Origin: Pristiophorus japonicus
Taxonomy: Eukaryota
Reading direction: 5' to 3'
NCBI RefSeq assembly: GCF_044704955.1
Contig: NC_091995.1
Coordinates: 49,600,001 to 49,664,000 of the forward strand
Length of the DNA stretch: 64,000 nt
The notes under the pieces: model-generated
What the model was told of the DNA's origin: nothing
The model's database searches: none
Seen by the model: the letters and a program-made list of their open reading frames with translations, nothing else
Made by a program: the position numbers and the translations under genes
Shown: positions 24,887 through 38,600 of the stretch, piece after piece
How positions within the stretch are numbered: the first letter of the stretch is position 1
How the letters are laid out: each line of letters begins with the position of its first letter

Positions 24887-27860
24887 GAAACATAGAAACA
24901 TAGAAAATAGGTGCAGGAGCAGGCCATTCAGCCCTTCTAGCCTGCACCGCCATTCAATGAGTTCATGGCTGAACATGAAACTTCAGTACCCCCTTCCTGC
25001 TTTCTCGCCATACCCCTTGATCCCCCGAATAGTAAGGACTTCATCTAACTCCCTTTTGAATATATTTAGTGAATTGGCCCCAACCACTTTCTGTGGCAGA
25101 GAATTCCACAGGTTCACCACTCTCTGGGTGAAGAAGTCTCTCTTCATCTCGGTCCTAAATGGCTTACCCCTTATCCTTAGACTGTGACCCCTGGTTCTGG
25201 ACTTCCCCAACATTGGGAACATTCTTCCTGCATATAACCTGTCTAAACCCGTCAGAATTTTAAACGTTTCTATGAGGTCCCCTCTCATTCTTCTGAACTC
25301 CAGTGAATACAAGCCCAGTTGATCCAGTCTTTCTTGATAGGTCAGTCCCAGCATCCCGGGAATCAGTCTGGTGAATCTTCGCTGCACTCCCTCAATAGCA
25401 AGAATGTCCTTCCTCAAGTTAGGAGACCAAAATTGTACACAATACTCCAGGTGTGGCCTCACCAAGGCCCTGTACAACTGTAGCAACACCTCCCTGCCCC
25501 TGTACTCAAATCCCCTCGCTATGAAGGCCAACATCCCATTTGCTTTCTTAACTGCCTGCTGTACCTGCATGCCAACCTTCAATGACTGATGTACCATGAC
25601 ACCCAGGTCTCGTTGCACCTTCACTTTTCCTAATCTGTCACCATTCAGATAATAGTCTGTCTCTCTGTTTTTACCACCAAAGTGGATAACCTCACATTTA
25701 TCCACATTATACTTCATCTGCCATGCATTTGCCCACTCACCGAACCTATCCAAGTCACTCTGCAGCCTCATAGCATCCTCCTCGCAGCTCACACTGCCAC
25801 CCAACTTAGTGTCAACCGCAAATTTGGAGATACTACATTTAATCCCCTCGTCTAAATCATTAATGTACAATGTAAACAGCTGGGGCCCCAGCACAGAACC
25901 TTGCGGTACCCCACTAGTCACTGCCTGCCATTCTGAAAAGTACCCATTTACTCCTACTCTTTGCTTCCTGTCTGACAACCAGTTCTCAATCCACGTCAGC
26001 ACACTACCCCCAATCCCATGTGCTTTAACTTTGCACATTAATCTCTTGTGTGGGACCTTGTCGAAAGCCTTCTGAAAGTCCAAATATACCACATCAACTG
26101 GTTCTCCTTTGTCCACTTTACTGGAAACATCCTCAAAAAATTCCAGAAGATTTGTCAAGCATGGTTTCCCCTTCACAAATCCATGCTGACTTGGACCTAT
26201 CATGTCACCATTTTCCAAATGCGCTGCTATGACATCCTTAATAATTGATTCCATCATTTTACCCACTACTGAGGTCAGGCTGACTGGTCTATAATTCCCT
26301 GTTTTCTCTCTCCCTCCTTTTTTCAAAAGTGGCGTTACATTGGCTACCGTCCACTCGATAGGAACTGATCCAGAGTCAATGGAATGTTGGAAAATGACTG
26401 TCAATGCATCCGCTATTTCCAAGGCCACCTCCTTAAGTACTCTGAGATGCAGTCCATCAGGCCCTGGAGATTTATCGGCCTTCAATCCCATCAATTTCCC
26501 CAACACAATTTCCCGACTAATAAAGATTTCCCTCAGTTCCTCCTCCCGACTAGACCCTCTGACCCCTTTTGTATCCGGAAGGTTGTTTGTGTCCTCCTTA
26601 GTGAATACTGAACCAAAGTATTTGTTCAATTGGTCTGCCATTTCTTTGTTCCCCGTTATGACTTCCCCTGATTCTGACTACAGGGGACCTACGTTTGTCT
26701 TTACTAACCTTTTTCTCTTTACATACCTATGGAAACTTTTGCAATCCGCCTTAATGTTCCCTGCAAGCTTCTTCTCGTACTCCATTTTCCCTGCCCTAAT
26801 CAAACCCTTTGTCCTCCTCTGCTGAGTTCTAAATTTCTCCCAGTCCCCAGGTTCGCTGCTATTTCTGGCCAATTTGTATGCCACTTCCTTGACTTTAATA
26901 CTATCCCTGATTTCCCGAGATAGCCACGGTTGAGCCACCTTCTCTTTTTTATTTTTACGCCAGACAGGAATGTACAATTGTTGTAATTCATCCATGCGGT
27001 CTCTAAATGTCTGCCATTGCCCATCCACAGTCAACCTCTTAAGTATCATTCGCCAATCTATCCTAGCCAATTCACACCTCATATCTTCAAAGTTACCCTT
27101 CTTTAAGTTCTGGACCATGGTTTCTGAATTAACTGTATCATTCTCCATCCTAATGCAGAATTCCACCATATTATGGTCACTCTTCCCCAAGGGGCCTCGC
27201 ACAATGAGATTGCTAATTAGTCCTCTCTCATTACACAACACCCAGTCAAAGATGGCCTCCCCCCGAGTTGGTTCCTCGACATATTGGTCTAGAAAACCAT
27301 CCCTTATGCACTCCAGGAAATCCTCCTCCACCGTATTGCTTCCAGTTTGGCTAGCCCAATCTATGTGCATATTAAAGTCACCCATTATAACTGCTGTACC
27401 TTTATTGCATGCTCCCCTAATTTCCTGTTTGATGCCCTCCCCAACATCACTACTACTGTTTGGAGGTCTGTACACAACTCCCACTAACGTTTTTTGCCCT
27501 TGGGTGTTCTGCAGCTCTACCCATATAGATTCCACATCATGCAAGCTAATGTCTTTCCTAACTATTGCATTAATCTCCTCTTTAACCAGCAATGCTACCC
27601 CACCTCCTTTTCCTTTTATTCTATCCTTCCTGAATGTTGAATACCCCTGGATGTTGAGTTCCCAGCCCTGATCATCCTGGAGCCATGTCTCCGTAATCCC
27701 AATCACATCATATTTGTTAACATCTATTTGCACAGTTAATTCATCCACCTTATTGCGGATACTCCTTGCATTAAGACACAAAGCCTTCAGGCTTGTTTTT
27801 TTAACACCCTTTGTCCTTTTAGAATTCTGCCGCACAGTGGCCCTTCCTGTTCCCCGCCCC
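24887..27860 (-). mobile_element. Young CR1 LINE with a nearly intact ORF2 (APE endonuclease + reverse transcriptase)
   Basis: ORFs 26678-27979 and 24983-26641 share a frame and are separated by one TAG. Motifs [40 protein letters not shown] and FAVD (for FADD). (TTTCTATG)n tail. Confidence 0.95.
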
Positions 27861-29962
27861 GGGCCTCTCTGCCCCCCACCGCCCCCCATCTCCCCTCCAT
27901 CTCCTGCCTCTGCCTCCCAGCAAGCTTTGTTCAGCTGATGCATATTCCTGACCTGTTGATGAATAACCTGGGACCACAATCCAGGCCGCTCAATTCAGTC
28001 TACAATTACATTCAGAGATTGTTCACCGAGACAGATTATAAAGGCAGCAACCTTTTCAGTACCGACAAACATTCCAGCCCTCCTTCTCAATACTCGCTAG
28101 ATCTCTGGAGGATACCTGGGGAAATAAATTTCGCCACCACCCTCATAACTTGCGCCCAGAGATGGGATCCCTTGACTTGGAGCCCTGCAACAGGTCCCCA
28201 TGATCAACCTTTGGGCCAATAGCGTGAGCCAGAAAGGGGTCTCTTGGGTTGACCAGGCAAATGGCGTTTGACGCTGGTGGAACCCATTCCCCAGCACCAT
28301 CGGGAGAGGGGCAGGAGAAAGCTGGTGACACTGGAGACACACAGTGCTCAATGCCCACTCCAAAACTGCCCACCACAATTTGGGTTCTCTGAAGCATTGC
28401 CAAGGAACACAGTGCAGGGGGCGAAGGGAGAACAGATAAATCAAGAGATGACCTTCAGCTTTCTGGAGGCTTTGATAGAGTAGATCGGGGGAAACTGTTT
28501 CCAATGGCAGGAGGGTCGGTAACTAAAGGACACAGATTTAAGGTAATTGACAAAAGAACCAGAGGGGGAGATGGAGGAAAATGTTTCTACACAGCGAGTT
28601 GTTGTGATCTGGAATGCGTTGCCTGAAAGGACGGTGGAAGCAGATTTAATAGTAACTTTCAAAAGGAAATTGGATAATTATTTGAAGGGGAAATATTTGC
28701 AGGGCTCTGGGGACAGAATAGGGGGAGTGGGACTAATTGAATAACTCAAAGAGCCGGCAGAGGCACGATGAGACAAAGGCCTCCTTCTACGCTGTATGAT
28801 TCTAATAAAGGATCATCCTTCACACTCCACTGGATGACTCTGGCACGGGTCAGAATTTGAAAGCACTGCACTGGTTTGAAAGGATTTGCATGTTGTGATA
28901 GTGGAGGCCTCTCCGATGTCCCCCCCCTCCCCAAGGTACAGGAAGGAACCGGTTTTGGTCCAGGACTAGTAACCCAGAGGTTGCGAGTTCAAATCCCACC
29001 ATGACAAGTTGTGTAATTGAGCTGAATAAATCTGGTGGGCTGCACAAGCAAAAACACTCATGATATCTGCCGGCTCACATACAGTGTATGGCACAAAAAC
29101 AGGCCATTCGGCCCAACTGGTCTGTGTTTATGCTCCACACGACCCTCCTCCCACCCGTCTACATCTAAACCCATTGACATATCCTTCTATTCCTTTCTCC
29201 CTCGTGAGTTTATCTAGCTTCCCCTTAAATGTATCTATGCTATTCTCCTCAACCACTCCCTGTGGGAGCGAGTTCCAAATTCTCTCCACTCTCTGGGTAA
29301 AGGAATTGCTCCTAAATTCCTTAATGACGATCTTATATTATTAGTTCCTACATTACAACAGTGAAAACACTTGAAAAAGAAAGTAAGTCATTAGCTGTGA
29401 AGTGCTTTGGGATGTTTGGTTGGCAAAGGCACTATATAAATGCCAGTTCTTTCTTTATATTTATGCACTCTAGTTTTGGACTCTCCCCACAAGTAGAAAC
29501 ATTTTCTCTAAGTCTGCCCTATTGAACCCCCTCATAATCTTAAATACCTCTCTATCAGGTCACCCCTCAGTCTTCTCTTTTCTATCAAAAAGAGCCTCAG
29601 CCTGGTCAGTGTTTTCTGATGGATATTACCTCGCTGTTCTGGTATCAGCCTTGTGAATCTTTGCCTTAAATACAACCTGATGTCCCTCAGGGAAGGGAAC
29701 CTGCCGTCCCTCCCTGGGCTGCTGCTGACTGTGATGGGATTTCTCGAAGATGGCCCAGACTGGAGAAGGACAGCCCGCCGTCTGTCAGAGTTGTGGGCGG
29801 TGATGGGGAGGAGGGCGGTGGATGGTCCGAGGGTCTCCAGCAGTCTTTGATTCAGCTCCCAAACCGAACACAATTCACTCAATAGCTTCTCACGTCCCAT
29901 CAAACCCGGACAAGAGAAATAAGGAAACAAATTAAGTGCCTGGGCAACTGGGGAATGAGAGA

Positions 29963-30123
29963 CAAGGGGCCGGGGGCCGAGACCCAGAGTCAATGGACCA
30001 GTTACTGAGGGTCAAGGGGCCGGGGGCCGAGACCCAGCATCAATGGACCAGTTACTGAGGGTCAAGGGGCCGAGACCCAGCGTCAATGGACCAGTTACTG
30101 AGGGTCAGGGGGCCGGGGGCCGA
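29963..30123. repeat. ~50-bp tandem repeat, about 3.3 copies
   Basis: CAAGGGGCCGGGGGCCGAGACCCAG...CAATGGACCAGTTACTGAGGGT repeated. Confidence 0.85.
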
Positions 30124-30199
30124 CATTGTTAGCAAGGACTGACAGACAACCAGTGGGAATGTCTGCAGCAACATCAGGCGGAGAAGAAAGAACTGTTTG

Positions 30200-30600
30200 G
30201 ATGGAAACTGAAAATGCTCCGCTTTACCTGAAACTGGTGAAATGCCGGGGACCCGTGAGAGAGGGGGGAGCCTGGAAACAGAGCGGGAACCGCTCGATCG
30301 CCCGGGGTGAGGGGTGGGGAGCCTGGAAACAGAGCGGGAGCAGCTCGCGGGCCGTGGGGAGCCTGGAAACAGAGCGGGAGCCGCTCGCGGGCCCCCGGGG
30401 CGAGAGGGGAGAGAGGGGGGAGCCTGGAAACAGAGCAGGAGCCGCGAGGACAGGGAGGGGGTGGCGCGAGCACCAACCACCGGCCCGCGCTCACCGCCTG
30501 CTGACCTCTCACCTCACCAGGGCGGCCAATCAACTGCCAGGAGCCGCTGGGAGCGCGGGAGAAAAGACAATGGAGGAAGCCCCGCCCACCAACAACAACA
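30200..30600 (-). promoter_or_regulatory. CpG-rich promoter-like region with a candidate first exon of a minus-strand transcript
   Basis: High CpG density, GC box GCCCCGCCC (30579-30587), CCAAT (30526-30530), a minus-strand donor CAG|GTAAAG at 30228/30227, ISRE-like GGAAACTGAAAA (30203-30214), and four copies of GGAGCCTGGAAACAGAGC. Confidence 0.45.
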
Positions 30601-30919
30601 ACTTGTAATGATGCAGCGCCTTTACCGCAGGGAAACAGCCCAGGGGGCGAAATCAGACACAGGACTTCATGTCTATTTCCCAAAACAGTTTCCCCTCCTG
30701 TCTTGTTTGCAATGCATCACCTCCAGATCTACATTTTTAAAAACATTTTGCATTATTACCAATTTCAAAAAGATTTAACCTCTTTGGATCTTTCAAAAGG
30801 ATCTAACTCTCCTTTCCCCTCACCCACCGGGCCAGGTGTGGTTGACTCCTAAATGCCACTCAGTTGTATCACGCCGCTAGGAAAAACAACAACAATAATA
30901 AAACTGGATGGACCACCCG

Positions 30920-32910
30920 GCATCGACCTCGGCACTGGATCCGTACACGACAATGGACACCCCGCCCAGTCAATCCTGCAAAGTCCTCCTCACTAACATC
31001 TGGGGACTTGTGCCAAAATTGGGAGAGCTGTCCCACAGGCTATGAAAGAAAGACTTACATTTATATAGTGCCTTTCACGACCGTCGGATGGCTCACAGCG
31101 CTTTACACCCAATGAAGTACTTTTGGAGTGTAGTCACTGTTGTAATGTGGGAAACACGGCAGCCAATTTGCACACAGCAAGCTCCCACAAACAGCAACGT
31201 GATAATGACCAAATAATCAGTTTTTTGTTCTGTTGTTATGTTGAGAGATAAATATTGGTCAGGACACCGGGGATAACTCCCCTGCTCTTCTTCGAAATAG
31301 TGCCGTGGGATCTTTTACGTCCACCTGAGAGGGCAGACGGAGCCTTGGTTTACGACTCATCCAAAAGACAGCACCTCCAATAGTGCAGCCACTCCCTCAG
31401 CACTGCACTGTCAGCCTAGATTTATTTGCTCAAGTCCCTGGAGTTGGACTTGAACTCACAACCTTCTGACTCAGAGTTGAGAGTGCTACCCACTGAGCCA
31501 CTAGCTGACATCAAGCAACTTGAAGTCTCATGGCATCAGGTCAAGCATGGGCAAGGAAATCTCCTGCTGGTTACCAACGATCGCCCATCCTCAGCTGATG
31601 AATCAGTACTTCTCCATGTTGAACACCATTTGGAAAACGCACTGAGGATAGCCAGGGCACAGATTGTACTCTGGGTGGAGGACTTCAATGTCCATCACCA
31701 AGAGCACCACCACTGAGCTGGCTGAGTCCTGAAGGATATAGCTGCCAGACTGGGCCTGCAGTAGGTGGTGAGAGAACTAATACGAGGGAAAAATCTACTT
31801 TACCTCATCCTCAGCAATCTACCTGTCACAGATTAATTTGTCCATGACAGTATTGGCAGGAGTGACCACTGCAGTCTTTGTGGAGATGATGTCCCGTCTT
31901 AACACTGAGACCACCCTCCATCGCGGTGTGTGGCACTACCACCGTGCTTAAATGGGATAGATTCCAAAAAGATCTCGCAGCTCAAAACAGAACCCAGTCG
32001 CCACCCAATTCGGTTCACTCCACGTGATATCAAGAAACGGCTGAGTGCATTGGATACAGCAAAGGCTATGGGCCCCGACAACATCCCAGCGCTAGTGCTG
32101 AAGATTTGTGCTCCAGAACTAACCACACCACTAGTCAAGCTGTTCCAGTACAGCTGCAACACTGGCATCTACCCAACAAAGTGGAAAATTGCCTAAGTAT
32201 TGCCTGTTTACCAAAAGTAGAACAAATCAAATCCATCCAATTACCGCCCCATCAGCCTACTCTCAATCATCAGCAAAGTGATGGAAGGTGTCATCAACAG
32301 TGCTATTAAGCGGTACTTAGTCACCAATAACCTGCTCACCAATGCTCAGTTTGGGTTCTGCTAGAGCCACTTGGCCCAGGCCTCATTACTGCCTTGGTCC
32401 AAACATGGACAAAAGAGCTGGATTCTAATGGTGAGGTGAAAGATACTGTCTTCGACAACAAGCAACATTTGACCGAGTGTGGCACCAAGGAGCTTTAGTA
32501 AAATTGACGTCAATGGGAATCACAGGAAAACTATTCACTGGCTGGAATTAGCACAAGTGAAGTTTGTTGTGGTTGTTGGAGGCCAATCATCTCAGCCCCA
32601 GGGCATTGCTGCAGGAGTTCCTCAGGGCACTGTCCTAGGTTCAACCATCTTCAGCTGCTTCATCAATGACCTACCCTCCATCATAAGGTCAGAAGTGTGG
32701 ATGTTCGCTGATGATTGCAGTGTTCAGTTCCATTCGCAACTCCTCAGATAACGAAACAGTCCGTGCCCGCATGCAGCAAGAACTGGACAACATTCAGGCT
32801 TGGACTAATAAGTGGCAAGTGCCAGGCAATGACCATCTCAAACAAGAGAGAATTTAGCCACATGTCCTTGACATTCAAAGGCATTACAATCGCCGAATAC
32901 TCCACGATCA
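30920..32910 (+). mobile_element. Degenerate LINE of a second CR1/L2-group family, interrupted by a SINE
   Basis: LWVEDFNVHH (endonuclease), KAMGPDNIPALVLK...KWKIA, and AGVPQGTVLGSTIFSCFINDL...MFADD (RT). Confidence 0.8.
31046..31510 (-). mobile_element. DeuSINE-like SINE, near full length
   Basis: Reverse complement of a tRNA-like head (GGCTCAGTGGGTAGCACTCT...GTTCAAGTCC) plus the same core as 20605-20960 and 62995-63375. Confidence 0.75.
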
Positions 32911-35520
32911 ACATAAGAACGTAAGAACTAGGAGCAGGAGTAGGCCATACAGCACCTCGAGCCTGCTCCGCCATTTAATATGATCATGGCTGATCCAATC
33001 ATTGACTCAGGTCCACTTCCCTGCCCGCTCCCCATAACCCCTTATTCCCTTATCGGTTAAGAAATTGTCTATCTCTGTCTTAAATTTGTTCAATGACCCA
33101 GCTTCCACAGCTCTCTGAGGCAGCGAATTCCACAGATTTACAACCCTCAGAGAAGAAATTCCTCCTCTGCTCAGTTTTAAATGGGCAGCCCCTTATTCTA
33201 AAGATTATGCCCCCTAGTTCTAGTCTCCCCTATCAGTGGAAACATCTTCTCTCATCCATTTTGTCAAACCCTCTCATAATCTTATATGTTTCGATAAGAT
33301 CATTCTCATTCTTCTGAATTCCAATGAGTGGAGGCCCAACCTACTCAGCCTTTCCTCAGAAGTCAATCCCCTCATCTCTGGAATCAACCTCGTGAACCTT
33401 CTCTGAACTGCCTCCAAAGCAAGTATATCCTTTCTTAAATATGGAAAGCAAAACTGTACACAGTATTCCAGGTGTGGCCTCACCAATACCCTGTATAACT
33501 GCAGCAAGACTTCCCTGCTTTTATACTCCATCCCCTTTGCAATAAAGGCCAGATTCCATTGGCTTTCCTGATCACTTGCTGTACCTGCATACTAACCTTT
33601 TGTGTTTCATGCATCAGGACCCCCAGGTCCTGCTGTACTGCAGCACTTTGCAATTTTTCTCCATTTAAATAATAACTTGCTCTTTGATTTTTTTTTCTGC
33701 CAAAGTGCATAACCTCACACATCACAACATTTGACTCCATCTGCCAAATTTTTCTCTGCTCACTTAGCCTCTTGCATGTTTTTTGTGTCCTCCTCACACA
33801 TTGCTCTTCCTCCTATCTTTGTATCGTCAGCAAACTTGGTTACGTTACACTCAGTCCCTTTTATCCAATTCGTTAATATAGATTGTAAATAGTTGGGTTC
33901 CCAGCACTGATCCCAGCGACACCCCACTAGTTACTGATTGCCAACCCGAGAATGGACCATTTATCTCAACTCCCTGTTATTTAGCCAATCCTCTATCCAT
34001 GCTAATACATTACCCCCAACCCCGTGAACTTTTATCTTGTGCAGTAACCTTTTATGTGGCACCTTGTCAAATGCCTTCTGGAAGTCCAAATACACCACAT
34101 CCACTGGTTCCCCTTTATCCACCCTGTTCGTTACATTCTCAAAGAATTCCAGCAAATTTGTCAAACATGACTTCCCCTTCATAAATCCATGCTGACTCTG
34201 CCTGACCGAATTATGCTTTTCCAAATGTCCTGCTACTACTTCTTTAATAATGGACTCCAACATTTTCCCAACCACAGATGTTAGGCTAACTGGTTTATAG
34301 TTTCCTACTTTTTGTCTGCCTCCTTTTTTAAATAGGGGCATTACATTTGCAGCTTTCCAATCTGCTGGGACCCCCCCCAGAATCCAGGGAACTTTGGTAA
34401 ATTACAGCCAATGCATCCACTATCCCTGCCACTACTTTTCTTAACACCCAAGGATGCAAGCCATCAGGTCCAGGGGATTTATCTGCCTTTAGTTGCATTA
34501 TCTTACTGAGTACCACCTCCTTAGTGATTGTGATTGTGTTAAGTTCCTCCCCCCCTATAGGCTCTTGACGATCCACTGTTGGGATATTTTTATAGTGTCC
34601 TCTACCATAAAGACTGATACAAAATATTTGTTCAGAGTTTCTGCCATCTCCATGTTCCCCATCACTAATTCCCCGATCTCGTCCTCTAATGGACCAACAT
34701 TTACTTTAGCCACTCTTTTCCTTTTTATATACCTGTAGAAACTCTTGCTATCTGTTTTTATATTTTGTGCTAGTTTACTTTCAGAGTCTAACTTCCTTTT
34801 CTTAATCATTTTTTTAGTCATTCTTTGCTGGCTTTTAAAAGCTTCCCAATCTTCTGTCCTCCCACTAGTTTTGTGCACTTTGTATGCCCTTGTTTTTAAT
34901 TAGATACCATCATTTATTTCTTTAGTTAGCCACGGATGGCTATCTTTTCTTTTACACTTCTTTCTCCTCACTGGAATAAATTTTTCTTGAAAGTTATGAA
35001 ATATCTCCTTAAATGTATGCCACTGTTCATCAACCATCCTACACTTTAATCTATATTCCCAGTCCACTTTTGCTAACTCTCACCTCATACCTTTGTAGTC
35101 TCCTTTATTTAAGCTGAGTACGCTGGTTTGAGATCCAATTTTCTCGCCCTCCATCTGGATTTGAAATTCAACCATGCTATGATCACTCATTCCAAGGGGA
35201 TCCTTTACTAGGAGATTGGTTATTAATCCTGTCTCATTACACAGGACCAGAGCTAAGATAGCCTGCCCTCTGGTTGGTTCTGTTACATACTGTTCAAGGA
35301 ACCTGTCCCTTATGCACTTTATGAACTCTTCCTCAAGGCTATCATCACCAATTTGATTTGTCCAATCAATACAGAGGTTAAAATCACGCATGATTATTGC
35401 TGTTCCCTTTTTACAAGGCCCCACTATTTCTTGGTTCACTTTCTCCCCCCAGAATGCACTGTAGCCACTCGGTGACATCCTTGACCCTGGCACCAGGGAG
35501 GCAACATGCCATCCTGGTGT
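32910..35520 (-). mobile_element. Degenerate CR1 LINE (endonuclease to 3' tail)
   Basis: Frameshifted ORF remnants IMRDFN, SDHS, KSPGPDGLHP, YLDFQKAFDKVPH and RPHLEYC. Confidence 0.9.
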
Positions 35521-35603
35521 CTGTCTGCACTGCTGAACAGCCTGTAATGTATGCACCTGTGAGTATGTTCACAGGTTAGCCCGTCACTGGTAATGTGCAG
35601 TGT

Positions 35604-38600
35604 AAACCTTTGCTAATACTGCTACAACTACATTGAGAGTGAACCCAGGAGAGGAGGAGGAATAAAAGCTGCCTTCTAGGTACATCTACAGGAGGAATAC
35701 TGCTGCAGAGTTTGAGAGAGGGGGAAGGAACAGCTGCCATTCGACTACTCACCGGCTGTATTTGAGCCATTGCCAACATCAACAGGTGGGTGTATTTTGG
35801 TGCATTCCCCAAAAAAGACTTTGCTTAATCGGTGGGGGGAGGAAAGAAGATTAATAAGAACATTGTGGCAGGGGGTGGCTGTGCGTGCAAATGTGTGGGT
35901 TTCTTGTGAACAACTAGGCCCCACACACCACGGGAAACACCCCTCCCCCACTGCCTGGCCCGGGTTGGCTGGAACTACCCGGATGCAGTCTTTCCCAATT
36001 ACCTACTTAACATCGTTTGGAACGACTGTGCCTGGGTGGTTCCAGTCATCCCGGGTGAAGACATCTTCTTCTCCTCCCCCCCGCCAGAAGATTATAGAGA
36101 CTTTGTTTGTGATCCGGGGAGTGCACCCCCTGCAAGCAGCCACCCAATGCTGTGAGGAGTGCTGACCACAGCTTTCCTCTTTCCCTCTCTCCTCTCTCTG
36201 TCTCTGAGAGCCTCTTTTAAAATATATATATTTAAAAAAGCAACTACTGAGCGGAGGGAAACGGGCCCCTCCCCAATTGTCAAAAGTTAGGGAGAGGTGT
36301 GCCTCATTAAGAGCTCCCTCTGCTCATTAACGAGGCCAATCAAGACCTTTCAGGCCTGTGACTCTGGGATGAGTATAGCCCTTAAAGGGACCATGTAATG
36401 GCGAGTCCACCTATGCCGGTGGCAGGACCAGCAAAAACTTATGCGCATGTGGTGTCCACAGCCACGGCACCTCCTGCTGCCCTGCCACCATTTAAATGAA
36501 TAACTAGAAAACATGGGGTCAAGAGCGACACTCACCCCAACATGAGCATTGAGGAGTGCGTGCGGGCGATGGCTGGAGTAGTCGGCCACTTGGCCATTGT
36601 CGCCGCCTCCAAGATGTCCGGCAAGGCTGTGTTCTTCCTGGGGTCAGAGTGGGCAGTATCCCTGGCCCTTGTAAAGGGGCTCACGGTGGACGGGACCTTC
36701 CTGCCGGTGGACCCACTCGAGGCCAGCGTGCAGAGGGTCGTCCTCTCCAACGTCCCACCCTTTGTTCCTGGTGAGCTCTTCCTCCCCCACCTACATCAAC
36801 TGGGGGAGGTAAGGTCGGTGATAAACCCCATATCGCTCGGCCGCGGGGAGGCCAGCCTCTGTCATGTGTTCTCCTTCAGCAGCCAGCTTTTTGTTCAGCT
36901 GGCGCGGGAGGAGATAACGGAGAGAAGTTTTAGTGTGGTCCACGAGGGGACTGCCTACTGCGTCTTCTGGGCATCGGACGGCGTGCGGTGCCATGCCTTT
37001 AGGGAGGTGGGGCATGTTCGTAAGAACTGCCCCGACTCCAAGGCCGCTAAAACAGCCAAAGCAGCCAAGGTTGGCACCGCCGCCACTCCTCCCCCTAGTC
37101 CCGTCCGCGTGCCTGGAGCCGTAGGTGCGCGGGCATCGTCGGTGTAAAGTCCTGTCCCCTCAGTACAGATTCACACGAGGCATGTAGTGAAGCCAAGGTC
37201 ACTCTGGACCTGCACCTTTATTTCACAGCTCTGGAATGCTGCACTTGCCTGAGACCTGTGCTTATATATCTGTCTCTTGCAGTGCACCCCTGGTGGTAGG
37301 GTATGCTGGTGGTTACAGGTCATATCTTATTACAGTCATGTATAGCATGTTTGGATACAGTTATATATAACAATGTAAGATACATGACATCAACCTCCCC
37401 CAAGGTCTTATTGTCTTTATCGGTTCAGTCTCTCAGGTGGTCTACGCTCTCGCGTGCAGCGTCTAAGTTGTGTTTCAGTTGTTTGCCTTGATGTCTGTTT
37501 TTCTTTGGGTGTGGTTGCTGGTATCTCGCCTGGGCTGTCTGTTTCGATTGGTGTGATTGTTGTTGACTCACCTGAGCCATTGTCCATTTGTACTACCAGT
37601 AGCCTGTTTCCTTCCTTGCCCGTTACTGTCCCTGCAAGCCATTTGGGACCCCTGCCATAGCTTAGTACAAACACTTTGTCCCCAATCTCATTCCATCTCC
37701 CCGTCGAATTTCTGTCATGGTACTCAGTCAGCTTACGGCGCTTTGCCTCAACGATTTCGTGCATGTCTGGGAGGATTAATGAGAGCCTTGTTTTTAAAGT
37801 CCTTTTCATCAACAGTTCCGCGGGGGGATCCAAGTCAGTGAGGCATGACTACTTGGCTGCCCCACATCAGGCAGTCTGCTTGTAGTGATAGCTCATGCAT
37901 GCGCCTGTGAAAGGGTTTTAATTCCTCGGGGCAGGCATCGCGAGCCTCTGCCCAGTCACCGGTTAGGACACATCTTTTTACAAAGGATAACGTGAGGTCG
38001 CTGGCCGTCCAGGCTTTGATTTGGCGAGCCGTCATGGGCGAACCTGTAGACTCAAAGGCATTGATTGCCATGACTATCTCACAGTCCTGTTCATCAGACC
38101 CTTCCGTGGTCGCCAGGGGTAGCCTGCTGAGCGCGTCGGCACAGTTGTCTGTGCCTGGTCTTTGCCTTATTGTGTAGTCGTAGGACGCCAGCATGAGTGC
38201 CCACCGTTGAATTTGCGCCGAGGCGTTGGCGTTTATTGCCTTGCTCTCGGATAGGAGGGATGTAAGGGGCTTGTGGTCGGTTTCTAATGTGAACTTTCCC
38301 CGAAAAGGTATTGGTGCATCTTTTTGACACCGTACACGCACGCGAGCGCCTCCTTCTCTACCATTCCGTACCCGCGCTCCGCCCGCGAAAGTGACCTGGA
38401 GGCATAAGCTATGGGTTGTAATTTGCCCGCACTATTGTTGACATGTTGCAAAACGCACCCGACCCCATACGCTGACGCATCGCATGTGAGAACTAGCTTT
38501 TTACCTGGGTCAAAGAAAGTCAAAACACTTTTGAAACACAGAAGGTTGCGTGCCTTATTGAAGGCGCTTTCCTGGGCGTCCCCCCAAAACCAATCGCACC

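Noticed and set aside
26970-27671. Plus-strand 233-aa ORF and similar antisense ORFs over LINE and Gypsy coding regions
   Set aside because: Shadow ORFs opposite retroelement genes.
36542-37147. ORF resembling the host gene ZCCHC3
   Set aside because: It is ORF1 of a Tx1-like element, followed by a decayed endonuclease/RT ORF2 and an A-rich tail, and interrupted by a Gypsy.
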